Shown in pieces: positions 46,815 to 55,558 of a DNA stretch of 64,000 nucleotides. The stretch's first letter is position 1; every line of letters starts with the position of its first letter. The translations under genes were made by a program, and so were the position numbers. The notes below the pieces were generated by a model, which saw only the letters and a list, made by a program, of their open reading frames with translations, searched no databases and had not been told where the DNA came from. This DNA is from Acidimicrobiales bacterium. GTDB taxonomy: Bacteria; Actinomycetota; Acidimicrobiia; Acidimicrobiales; JACDEA01. The stretch spans positions 1,994 to 65,993 of the forward strand of contig DASRJI010000101.1 of assembly GCA_035649535.1 (NCBI GenBank), written 5' to 3'.

Positions 46815-49800
46815 GTGAGCATGGCTGAAGCGAGCCGCGCGCTTCGCATCACGCTTGTAGGACAACTGGGAATCGCTAAGGGGGCGGTTCGTCTCGAAGA
46901 GCGTCAACTGAGCGGTGCTCAAGCGCGCCTCGTGTTCGTGACGCTCGTTCTGGAACGCCGGCGGGTGCTGCCCCGTGACGAACTGGCCGACGCGCTGTGG
47001 GGCGAGTCGCTCCCGTCGTCGTGGGACTCGGCACTCCGCAACCTCGTCAGCCGGGTACGGGCCTTCGTCGGCGAGGCCGGCCTCGATCCCGACGAGGCCA
47101 TGGTCGGGACGCGCGACGGCTACCAGCTACGGCTCCCGGAGGACGCGGTTGTCGACGTCGAAGAAGCAGCCGACCTCGTCCAAGGTGCCGACGCCGCCGC
47201 CGCCGACGGGCAGCACAGGGAGGCCGCCGAGGCCGCCGCCGCGGCGCGGGCCGCGCTGACACCGCCGCTGCTCGCCGGCGTCGACAACGTGTGGCTCGAT
47301 GCCCAGCGCGAGCGGTTGAGCGCGCTGCGCGTGCGGGCGGCCGAACTCGAGGCCGGCGCCCGCCTGGCGCTGGGTGACGCGGGCGCCGCGGTCGTCGCCG
47401 CCGCTGATGCGGTCGCCGCCGCCCCGTACCGCGAGTCGGCGTTCCGGCTGCTGATGGGCGCCCACGCGGCGGCCGGCAATCGGGCCGAGGCATTGCGCGT
47501 GTACGAACGATGCCGGCGCATGCTCGCCGAGGAGATGGGGGTCAGCCCGTCGCCAGAGACCGAGGCCGACTACGTCGCGCTGCTCGGCACCGAACCCGAC
47601 CCATCGATTGCCGCTCCGCTGGCGACGACCTCGGGGACGGTGACGTTCCTCTTCACCGATATCGAGGGCAGCTCGACCCGATGGGAGCAGGACGCCGAGG
47701 CCATGGCCGCCGCGCTGGTGCGGCACGACGAGCTGATCACCGTCGCCGTCACGGGCAACTCCGGGCGCGTCTTCAAGCACACCGGCGACGGCGTGTGCGC
47801 AGTGTTTGCGTCCGCCAGTGACGCGGTCGTGGCCGCGGTCGCCGCCCAACGGGCGCTGGCGGCCGCGGATTGGGGGCGGCCCGGTCCGCTCCGCGTTCGC
47901 ATCGGCGTTCACACCGGCGAGGCGGAAGTGCGCGGCGACGACTACGCCGGCGTCGCCCTGAATCGCATCGGCCGGTTGTGCGCGCTGGCCAGCGGCGGGC
48001 AGATCCTGGCGTCGGCGTCCACCCGGCTGATCGTCGACGGCCGACTTCCTCCGCCCGTCGCGTTGCAGTACCTGGCTGAGGTCGAACTGCGCGGCATGGC
48101 CGGGACCGAGGCCGTGTACCAGGTGACGCACCCCGACTTGCGGGCTGACTTCCCTGCCGTCCACACCGGTCACCGGCAGGGATCGAGCCTGGCGATCGAG
48201 GACGCGGCATTGATCGGTCGCGACGCCGACCTGGCCAGCGTCCTTGCCGCGACCGACGCGTCGCGACTCGTGACGATCACCGGCGTCGGTGGCGTCGGTA
48301 AGACGCGGCTGGCACTGGCCGCCGCGCACCGCGTGAGCCAGACATATGGCGACCGGACGTGGTGGGTCGAACTGGCGTCGGTTGATCCCGACGCCGTCGC
48401 CTACGCGGTGGCTAACGTCGTCGGTGGCGCTCGGCAGGGCATGGACGCGCTGGCGGCGACGATCGCCCGGCTCGACGCGGCGCCCGCGTTTCTCGTGCTC
48501 GACAACTGTGAGCACGCCGTCGAGGCCGTGAAGCTGGTCGTCGAGGCGCTGTTGGCTGCGTGCGCGGACCTCAACGTGCTGACGACCTCGCGAGCGACAC
48601 TCGGGGTGGCGACGGAGCACGCGGTGAACCTGGCGCCGCTCGCCGCACCGGCCGAGGATGCCGGGTTCGACGCAATCGTCGCCAGCCCCGCGGTCGAGGT
48701 GTTCGTGCGTCGCGCCCAAGCCGCGAGCCACGGCTTCACGCTGACGGAGTCCAATGCCGCCGCCGTCGCCGAGATCGCCCGGCGGCTGGATGGGCTACCG
48801 CTCGCCCTCGAACTGGCGGCGGCACGCGTGCGGTCGATACCGCCCGCCCAAATCGCCGCCCATCTCGACGAACGCTTCCGATTGCTCCGCGGCGCCCACC
48901 GCGACGCGTCCGGGCGCGAGCGGCGCCTAGAGGACGTGGTTCGCTGGTCATACGAGCTACTCGACGCGGCCGAGGCCGGGCTGTTCGATCAGCTGTCCGT
49001 ATTCGCCGGCGGCTTCAGCATCGAGGCGGCGGCCGCCGTCGCCGGCCTCGACATCCTCGACGTCTCTGACCTGATCGACGCATTGGTCTCCCGCTCGATG
49101 CTCGTCGTCGTCGACGACGCGACCTTCGCTCGCTACGCGCTCCTCGAGACCATGCGCGAGTTCGGCCGGGCCAACCTCGACGCAGGTGGCGAAGCGGCGA
49201 ACGTGATCGGGCGCCATCGCGACTACTACGTCGCGCTGGCGACGTCGGCGGCGGCGGGCCTCCAAAGTCGCGAGGAGGCGTGGTGGGTTCGTGCCGTGCA
49301 CGCCGACCTGGCCAACATCCGTGCCGCGTTCGTCCGCGCCGCGGCGGTGCGCGACGTGAACGCCTGCGCCGAGATCGTCGTGGGCCTGTTCGACTACGCC
49401 TTCTTCCGGATGCGCCGCGAGGTCGGCCTCTGGGCAGCCGAGACCGTCGCCCTCCCCGGCGCCGCCGATCACCCGCTGTACCCGCAGTTCGCCGGTGTAG
49501 CCGGGCACCTCGCGTGGGAGCGCGGCGACATCGACAACGCGACCACGTACGCCGAGTCGGCCGTCGCCGCCGGGAGCACCTGGCTCGGCCACGACGCCCT
49601 CGGCACGATCCGCTTGTTCCAAGGCCGGGTCGCCGATGCCGTCGAGGCCTTCACGGCGGCGAGCGAGTCGGCGCGATCCGCGGGTAACGACTACCGGCTC
49701 GCATTGGCGTTGGGCCAACTCGCGTTCTCGCATGTGCTCACGGCCGCGGACCAATCGGACGACGTCGCGGTCGAACTGGCAGTCGAGGCCGAGGCAGTAG

Positions 49801-50351
49801 CCGGTCGGACCGGCAATCCGACTGCGGTGGCCCACGCCGCGTGGTCGATGGGTCTGGCGCTGTTCGATCGTGACCCGGCCGGCGCGCTCGAGGCGCTGGC
49901 CCGGTGCATCGAAATCAGCCGTGAGGTCGACAACCGCATGGCGCTCGGTGCCGCGGCGACGCCGGCTGAGGAGCTGCGGACCAAGCTCAGCCGGCGGACG
50001 CTCGACGACGACCTGCGGGCCGCGGTCGAACACATCGACTACTGGGTCAAGGTCGACAACACCGCCAATCTCTGGGGCGTCGTACGACGGGTCGCGCGCG
50101 ACTTCGCCGCCCTCGGTGACGCCGAATCGGCCGCCGTCGCGCTGGGCGCCGACGCCGAGGCGTCACTCAAGCTGCCGCTACGGGAGCGGGAGCAAGCCCG
50201 GCATGAGGCGGTCGTGGCCGACGTGCGGGCCGCCCTCGGTCCCGACGTGTTTGCCGCCCAGATGGCGAGGGGTGCGGCGATGACGCCGAGCGAGCTGGTC
50301 GAACAGCTGCGTGCCGCGGTCGCCGAACTCGGCGACCACCGCGGTAACTAA
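46815..50351 (+). CDS. SARP (OmpR-type wHTH + BTAD) - class III adenylyl cyclase - NB-ARC/STAND ATPase - TPR multidomain regulator
   Basis: The wHTH has ELADALWGE...RNLVSRVR. The BTAD has YRESAFRLLMGAHAAAGNRAEALRVYERCRRML. The cyclase has FLFTDIEGST, FKHTGDG and GVALNRIGRL. The P-loop is GVGGVGKTRLA and a long helical-repeat tail follows. Confidence 0.8.
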   Translation: MSMAEASRALRITLVGQLGIAKGAVRLEERQLSGAQARLVFVTLVLERRRVLPRDELADALWGESLPSSWDSALRNLVSRVRAFVGEAGLDPDEAMVGTRDGYQLRLPEDAVVDVEEAADLVQGADAAAADGQHREAAEAAAAARAALTPPLLAGVDNVWLDAQRERLSALRVRAAELEAGARLALGDAGAAVVAAADAVAAAPYRESAFRLLMGAHAAAGNRAEALRVYERCRRMLAEEMGVSPSPETEADYVALLGTEPDPSIAAPLATTSGTVTFLFTDIEGSSTRWEQDAEAMAAALVRHDELITVAVTGNSGRVFKHTGDGVCAVFASASDAVVAAVAAQRALAAADWGRPGPLRVRIGVHTGEAEVRGDDYAGVALNRIGRLCALASGGQILASASTRLIVDGRLPPPVALQYLAEVELRGMAGTEAVYQVTHPDLRADFPAVHTGHRQGSSLAIEDAALIGRDADLASVLAATDASRLVTITGVGGVGKTRLALAAAHRVSQTYGDRTWWVELASVDPDAVAYAVANVVGGARQGMDALAATIARLDAAPAFLVLDNCEHAVEAVKLVVEALLAACADLNVLTTSRATLGVATEHAVNLAPLAAPAEDAGFDAIVASPAVEVFVRRAQAASHGFTLTESNAAAVAEIARRLDGLPLALELAAARVRSIPPAQIAAHLDERFRLLRGAHRDASGRERRLEDVVRWSYELLDAAEAGLFDQLSVFAGGFSIEAAAAVAGLDILDVSDLIDALVSRSMLVVVDDATFARYALLETMREFGRANLDAGGEAANVIGRHRDYYVALATSAAAGLQSREEAWWVRAVHADLANIRAAFVRAAAVRDVNACAEIVVGLFDYAFFRMRREVGLWAAETVALPGAADHPLYPQFAGVAGHLAWERGDIDNATTYAESAVAAGSTWLGHDALGTIRLFQGRVADAVEAFTAASESARSAGNDYRLALALGQLAFSHVLTAADQSDDVAVELAVEAEAVAGRTGNPTAVAHAAWSMGLALFDRDPAGALEALARCIEISREVDNRMALGAAATPAEELRTKLSRRTLDDDLRAAVEHIDYWVKVDNTANLWGVVRRVARDFAALGDAESAAVALGADAEASLKLPLREREQARHEAVVADVRAALGPDVFAAQMARGAAMTPSELVEQLRAAVAELGDHRGN

Positions 50352-50361
50352 CCGTTGGCCC

Positions 50362-50391
50362 GGTCGGTCCCGCCCCCCGCGGGATCCGACC
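50362..50391 (+). terminator. GC-rich stem-loop downstream of the SARP-cyclase gene
   Basis: GGTCGGTCCCGC, a CCCCC loop, then GCGGGATCCGACC (12 bp with one bulge). Confidence 0.4.
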
Positions 50392-50506
50392 GCCCCCGTT
50401 CTTGGCGACCAGCCCCCCCAAGACCTGGTCGACGTGGGTGACCGTACGGACCGGCCGCAATTCGCCCGCAAGGCCAGCGCAAGTGGCCGTCCTCTAGCCT
50501 GCGGCC

Positions 50507-51196
50507 GTGCCTGACGAGACGGCGGTGGTGGTCTTCCCGACGTGTCTCGTCGAGTTGGTGGCGCCGGCGGTCGGCCAGGCCGTGGTGCGGGCGCTCGAAG
50601 CGCGCGGGTACACCGTCACCGTCGGCCGGGGCGCGACGTGCTGCGGCCAGCCGGCGTGGAACGCCGGTTATGTAAAGGACGCCCGTCGCGTCGCCCGCCG
50701 CACCGCCAAGGCGCTGGACCGCACCACGGGGCCGGTCGTCGTCCCGTCGGGCTCGTGCGCGGCGATGATGCACGAGTACTGGCCCGAACTACTGGGCGAG
50801 TCCGGCGTCGGCGTGGCGTCGCGGGTGGTCGAGTTCTCGGCGTTCCTCGGTGCCGGCGCCGACGTGCAGGCCCGCCCCGCCGGCGACGGCGTTGCGTACC
50901 ACGACTCGTGCCACATGCTGCGCTCGCTGGGCATCAAGGAAGAGCCGCGGCGGCTCCTCGGTGGGACCGCCGAGTTGTCGGAGCGATGCTGCGGCTTCGG
51001 CGGCACGTTCTCGGTGAAGCTGCCCGAAGTGTCGACCGCCATGGCCGACGAGAAACTCGACGAGGTTGTTGCCGCCGGCTGCGACACCTTGGTCGGCTGC
51101 GACTTGTCCTGCCTGATGCACCTTGACGGCCGGGCGCGCCGGCGCGGGCTGGGCCTCACGGTGCGCCACCTGGCTGAAGTCCTCGCCGATGGCTGA
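50507..51196 (+). CDS. lutA: L-lactate utilization protein A ((Fe-S)-binding CCG-domain oxidoreductase)
   Basis: FPTCLVE and TCCGQPAWNAGY motifs plus a second CCG-type Cys cluster (CCGFGGTF). It is followed by lutB and lutC. Confidence 0.8.
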   Translation: MPDETAVVVFPTCLVELVAPAVGQAVVRALEARGYTVTVGRGATCCGQPAWNAGYVKDARRVARRTAKALDRTTGPVVVPSGSCAAMMHEYWPELLGESGVGVASRVVEFSAFLGAGADVQARPAGDGVAYHDSCHMLRSLGIKEEPRRLLGGTAELSERCCGFGGTFSVKLPEVSTAMADEKLDEVVAAGCDTLVGCDLSCLMHLDGRARRRGLGLTVRHLAEVLADG

Positions 51197-52550
51197 GGCG
51201 GCGTTCAAGGCGCGCGCCCACGGCGCCCTGAACGACGACCACTTGCGGGGCGCGTTGCGAACCGCCACCGATGTGCTCGGGATGATGCGCCCGGTTTCGT
51301 TGCAGGACCTGGCCGACCCCGATGCTGTCCGTGACACGGCCCGGACGATCCGCAAGCGGATGGTCGCCGACTTGCCTCGCGTCCTCGATCGTTTCGTCGA
51401 GAACGTCGATGCGGTGGGTGGGACCGTGTTCCGCGCCGCCAACGGCGACGCGGCCGTCGCGTACATCGTCGGGATCGCGCAACAGCGCGGCGCGCGCGTG
51501 GTCGCCAAAGGCAAGTCGATGGCCAGCGAGGAGATTCATCTCAACGCCGGCCTCGAAGCCGCCGGCGTCACGGTGGTCGAGACGGACTTGGGCGAGTTCA
51601 TCATCCAGCTGGCCGGCGAGACGCCGAGTCACATCATCGCCCCGGCGATCCACAAGACCCGGTACGACGTGGCCGAGCTGTTCACCGCCGACGCTGCGGC
51701 ACGGGGGGAGACGGGGGCTCCGGTTGCGCCCGACATCCCCGCCGAGTTCGCCTACGCCCGGTCCCGACTACGTGAAGCATTCCTCGAAGCGGACATCGGC
51801 GTAACCGGCGTCAACTTTGCGGTCGCCGAGACCGGTTCGATCTGCCTCGTGGAGAACGAGGGCAACGGGCGCATGTGCACGACCTTGCCGCGGGTGCACA
51901 TCGCGGTTATGGGGATGGAACGCATCGTCGAAACGTGGGACGAGCTCGACGTCATGCTCAACGTGCTGGCTCGCTCGGCGACCGGGCAGCCGCTGAGCGT
52001 GTACACCAACATCCTCACCGGGCCGCGCCGCGTCGATGACGTCGACGGTCCCGAGGAGCTGCACGTCGTCATCCTCGACAACGGGCGTAGCGCAATCCGC
52101 GGTACGAAGTTCGAGGACGTGCTCGACTGCATCCGCTGCGGCGCGTGCCTCAACGTGTGCCCGGTGTACCGCAATGTCGGCGGTCACGCGTACAACGCGG
52201 TCTACTCCGGACCGATCGGCGCGGTGCTCACGCCATTGCTGCGACCCGACGATCCCGAAGCGCGCGAGCTGTCGCAGGCATCTTCGCTGTGCGGCGCCTG
52301 TTGGGAGGCGTGTCCGGTCCGCATTCCGCTACACGAGATGCTTCTCGACCTGCGAGCGCGCGATGCGCCGGGTGACGGCGGCGCGACCCGCCGCATCGGC
52401 TTCTCGCTGTGGTCCTGGCTGTGGTCGACGCGCGCCGGGTTCGTTGCCACCAAGGTCGCGTCACGCGTCGGCCGCCGGGTGGGCCGGAGAGCCCGCCGCG
52501 CACCTGGGTGGGCCGGCGCCTGGCTGTCGACCCGGGAGGCCCCGAAGTGA
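51189..52550 (+). CDS. lutB: L-lactate utilization protein B (LUD domain + 4Fe-4S ferredoxin)
   Basis: CIRCGACLNVCPVY and CGACWEACP clusters, plus a HIIAPAIH motif. Confidence 0.85.
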   Translation: MAEAAFKARAHGALNDDHLRGALRTATDVLGMMRPVSLQDLADPDAVRDTARTIRKRMVADLPRVLDRFVENVDAVGGTVFRAANGDAAVAYIVGIAQQRGARVVAKGKSMASEEIHLNAGLEAAGVTVVETDLGEFIIQLAGETPSHIIAPAIHKTRYDVAELFTADAAARGETGAPVAPDIPAEFAYARSRLREAFLEADIGVTGVNFAVAETGSICLVENEGNGRMCTTLPRVHIAVMGMERIVETWDELDVMLNVLARSATGQPLSVYTNILTGPRRVDDVDGPEELHVVILDNGRSAIRGTKFEDVLDCIRCGACLNVCPVYRNVGGHAYNAVYSGPIGAVLTPLLRPDDPEARELSQASSLCGACWEACPVRIPLHEMLLDLRARDAPGDGGATRRIGFSLWSWLWSTRAGFVATKVASRVGRRVGRRARRAPGWAGAWLSTREAPK

Positions 52551-53032
52551 GCGTCGTGATTCCCGAGGTCGTCTACAAGCGAGAGGTCACCTCACCGGTC
52601 GACGACTTCGTCGCGTCATGGACCCGGTTGATGGGCCAGGTCCATCGCGGCGCCGACGGTGTCACCGCCGCCATTGCCGGGCGCTCGCCGGTCGCCTTCG
52701 CCGTAGACCGCCCGTCCCGCGAGGAGTTGGCCGACGCCGCCGTGGGCGTCGTCCCTGCGGTGGCCGCGATCGCGGCAACCGGGTCGATCGTCGTCGACTC
52801 CCGGCTCGTGCGGGCGGTCAGCCTGCTGCCGCCGGCGTGCGTGTTCGTCATTCGGGCCGACGACATCGTGGCCACGCCCGGCGACGTGCTCCGCCACCGC
52901 GACCGTTGGTGGCCGGACGGGCCGCCGGCCCAGATCGTGTTCGTCACCGGCCCGTCCCGAAGCGGCGACATCGAACTGCAACTCCTCACCGGCGTCCACG
53001 GTCCCGGCGAAGTCCACGCCGTAATCGTCTAA
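52547..53032 (+). CDS. lutC: L-lactate utilization protein C (LUD domain)
   Basis: GTGA overlap and a GGGAGG ribosome-binding site. It has a VTGPSRSGDIELQLLTGVHGPGEVH motif. Confidence 0.7.
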   Translation: MSVVIPEVVYKREVTSPVDDFVASWTRLMGQVHRGADGVTAAIAGRSPVAFAVDRPSREELADAAVGVVPAVAAIAATGSIVVDSRLVRAVSLLPPACVFVIRADDIVATPGDVLRHRDRWWPDGPPAQIVFVTGPSRSGDIELQLLTGVHGPGEVHAVIV

Positions 53033-53045
53033 CCGACCTACGACC

Positions 53046-53094
53046 GACTTTGTTGCAGTTGTCGTTCTGGCAGAACGACAACTGCAACAAAGTC
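53046..53094. terminator. 49-nt perfect palindrome (about 22-24 bp stem) between convergent lutC and trmH-like genes
   Basis: GACTTTGTTGCAGTTGTCGTTCTG, one G, then CAGAACGACAACTGCAACAAAGTC. The local GC content is well below the window average. Confidence 0.7.
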
Positions 53095-53100
53095 CGGGGG

Positions 53101-53913
53101 TTAGGCCTGGTGGAGGGCCTCGTAGAGGAGAAGCGCGGCGGCGTGGCCGACGTTGAGTGAGTCGGCGACGCCGCGCATTGGGATCGACACCGTGACGTCA
53201 GCGGCGTCGACCCAGAACGGGGCGACGCCGTGGCGCTCGCTGCCGAGCACGATGGCTACCCGGCCGCGGTAGTCAGCGTCACGATACGACGTGGGCGCAG
53301 CCGGCTCCGCGGCGATCACCCGGAACCCCCGCGCTCGTAGCCAAGCGAGCGCATCGGCCCGATCGGCGTCGACGACCGGCGTCGAGAACACCGTTCCCAT
53401 GCTCGCCTTCAGTACCCGAGGGTGGCTGACTCGCAGCCGGCGATCGGTGAGGACCACGGCGGCCGCGCCGGCGCCGTCCGCGCACCGGATCAGCGTGCCG
53501 AGGTTCCCGGCCAGCTCGAAGCCGTCGGCGACGACGACACGCGTCGCCGGGCCGACGGCGACGTCGTTTAGCCGCGGCGTGCGGAGATGGGCGATGGCGG
53601 CCAGCCCGTCGGGCCCGTCACGATCGACCATGCGGCGCAGGACGCGCTCGCTCACCTCGAACGGGCGCGTGCCACCCTCCCGCAGGTTGTCGATCACGCG
53701 GTCGGCTTCGTCGCCTCGCTGCAGGGCGCGACAGACGAACACGACCTCGATCGGCACGTTCGCCTCGACGGCCCGTTCGATGGACCAGAGGCCTTCGAGG
53801 GCGAAGGCGCCCTCGGCGTTCTTCACCCGGTTGTGCTTGATGTTGAGAAACTGCCTGACCCGCGGATGGCCGATGCCAGCGGGGGCCAATTCGTGACGAT
53901 GCGATGCCGGCAC
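53101..53913 (-). CDS. TrmH/SpoU-family RNA 2'-O-methyltransferase
   Basis: SpoU motifs NLGTLIRCADGAG, IVLGSERHGV and SLNVGHAAALLLYE. Confidence 0.8.
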   Translation of the reverse strand: MPASHRHELAPAGIGHPRVRQFLNIKHNRVKNAEGAFALEGLWSIERAVEANVPIEVVFVCRALQRGDEADRVIDNLREGGTRPFEVSERVLRRMVDRDGPDGLAAIAHLRTPRLNDVAVGPATRVVVADGFELAGNLGTLIRCADGAGAAAVVLTDRRLRVSHPRVLKASMGTVFSTPVVDADRADALAWLRARGFRVIAAEPAAPTSYRDADYRGRVAIVLGSERHGVAPFWVDAADVTVSIPMRGVADSLNVGHAAALLLYEALHQA

Positions 53914-53917
53914 CGTC

Positions 53918-53946
53918 CACCTCCTGTTTGCTCAGGGCAGGAGGTG
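53918..53946 (-). promoter_or_regulatory. Shine-Dalgarno-sequestering hairpin in the trmH-like leader
   Basis: The minus-strand RNA reads CACCUCCUG-(11 nt)-CAGGAGGUG-GACG-GUG(start). The stem is a perfect 9 bp and the 3' arm is the ribosome-binding site. Confidence 0.5.
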
Positions 53947-54157
53947 TCGGGGCGCGCGGCGCTCAGCTCGTCAAGAGGAAGCGGGCGCGCCGAGTCTCCC
54001 GCCGCTTCCTCCGACGCAGTGGTGGAAGCGGCGGGCGCCGAGTGTGGGCGTCATCGCCCTCATACGCCACGGTCTTGCCGGACCGCGGCGGGTAGCGCAC
54101 CGCATGCGTGCACGGTAACGAGCGTCGCCCGGCGGCTCCACCGAGTTTGTCGATAGG

Positions 54158-55558
54158 TTGCCCGGCGTGAGTTGGGCGACGAAGTCGGCGACGGAACTGG
54201 CGCGGGCGATTCGGGGCAAGGAGGTGTCGAGCCGCGAGTTGCTCGACGAGTACCTGGTCCGCGTGGAGCGGCTGAACCCGGCCATCAACGCGGTCGTGAC
54301 GCTCGACGCCGATCGCGCTCGTGACGCGGCCGCCGCGGCCGACGAGGCCACGGCGCGGGGCGACGACGTCGGCCCACTGCACGGCCTGCCGATCACGATC
54401 AAGGACGCCATCGAAGTCGGCGGGGTTCGCTCGACCGGTGGCGCCGTCGCCTTGACCGACCACGTCCCGGTCGCCGATGCGCCGGTGGTGGCCCGGGTGA
54501 AGGACGCCGGGGCGATCGTCTTCGGCAAGACCAACGTCCCCGAGTGGTCGGGTGACCTCCAGACGTTCAACGAGATCTTCGGGACCACGAACAACCCGTG
54601 GGCGACCGACCGCGTGCCCGGCGGGTCGTCGGGCGGCCCGGCGGCCGCGGTCGCCGCCGGCCTCACGTCGTTCGAGATCGGCACGGACATCGGCGGCTCG
54701 ATCCGCGTGCCTTCGCACTGCTGCGGGATCTTCGGCCTCAAGCCGTCGTTCGGCGTCGTCCCGCAGCGCGGCTACCTGGACCACGTGGGCGGCGGGACGA
54801 CCGACGCCGACATCAACGTGTTCGGACCGCTGGCGCGGAGCGCGGCCGACCTCGACCTGCTCCTGGGCGTGATCGGCGGCCCCGAGCCTGATCGCGAACT
54901 GGCTTGGCGGCTCGAGCTGCCGGCGCCCCGCCGCAAGGACGTCACCGAATACAAGGTCGGGGTATGGCTGGAAACCCCGGGCCTGGCCTCCGATGACGAG
55001 CAGCGCGCCATCATCGGCCACGCGGCGGACAAGCTCGCCGGCGCGGGCGCCAAGGTGGAGGACGCCCATCCGCCGGTTGACTTCTCCGACCAGCTGAACG
55101 TCTTCAACCAGCTCATTGCTGCCGCCATCTCGCCGTCGATGCCCGATGAGGCCGCTGAGGCGATGAGCGGCTCGCACCGGCAGTGGCTGGCGGGCGACGA
55201 GAAGCGCGCCGCGTTGCGAGCAGTGTGGGCGGAGTGGTTCGCGACGTACGACGCGCTGCTGTGCCCGGTGATGGTCGTGCCCGCGTTCACGCACCGGCAA
55301 GACGGCGACTTCTTCAGCCGGACCGTCGAGGTCAACGGCCACGACGAGCCGTACTTCAACCTGGTGAGCTGGACCGGCCTCATCGGCGTGGTCGGTCTAC
55401 CGTCGGCCGTGCCGCCCATCGGCCGCACGGCGGCGGGCGTTCCTGTCGGCGTCCAGGTGGTCACGGCCTACCTACGCGACCGCGAGGCGATCGACTTGGC
55501 CGGCCTGCTCGCCGAGGTCGCGGGTGGCGGCTACGAAGTTCCGGAGGGATACGCATGA
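54158..55558 (+). CDS. amidase (amidase-signature family)
   Basis: GGSSGGPAAAVAAG signature and a GTDIGGSIRVP motif. Confidence 0.85.
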   Translation: MPGVSWATKSATELARAIRGKEVSSRELLDEYLVRVERLNPAINAVVTLDADRARDAAAAADEATARGDDVGPLHGLPITIKDAIEVGGVRSTGGAVALTDHVPVADAPVVARVKDAGAIVFGKTNVPEWSGDLQTFNEIFGTTNNPWATDRVPGGSSGGPAAAVAAGLTSFEIGTDIGGSIRVPSHCCGIFGLKPSFGVVPQRGYLDHVGGGTTDADINVFGPLARSAADLDLLLGVIGGPEPDRELAWRLELPAPRRKDVTEYKVGVWLETPGLASDDEQRAIIGHAADKLAGAGAKVEDAHPPVDFSDQLNVFNQLIAAAISPSMPDEAAEAMSGSHRQWLAGDEKRAALRAVWAEWFATYDALLCPVMVVPAFTHRQDGDFFSRTVEVNGHDEPYFNLVSWTGLIGVVGLPSAVPPIGRTAAGVPVGVQVVTAYLRDREAIDLAGLLAEVAGGGYEVPEGYA

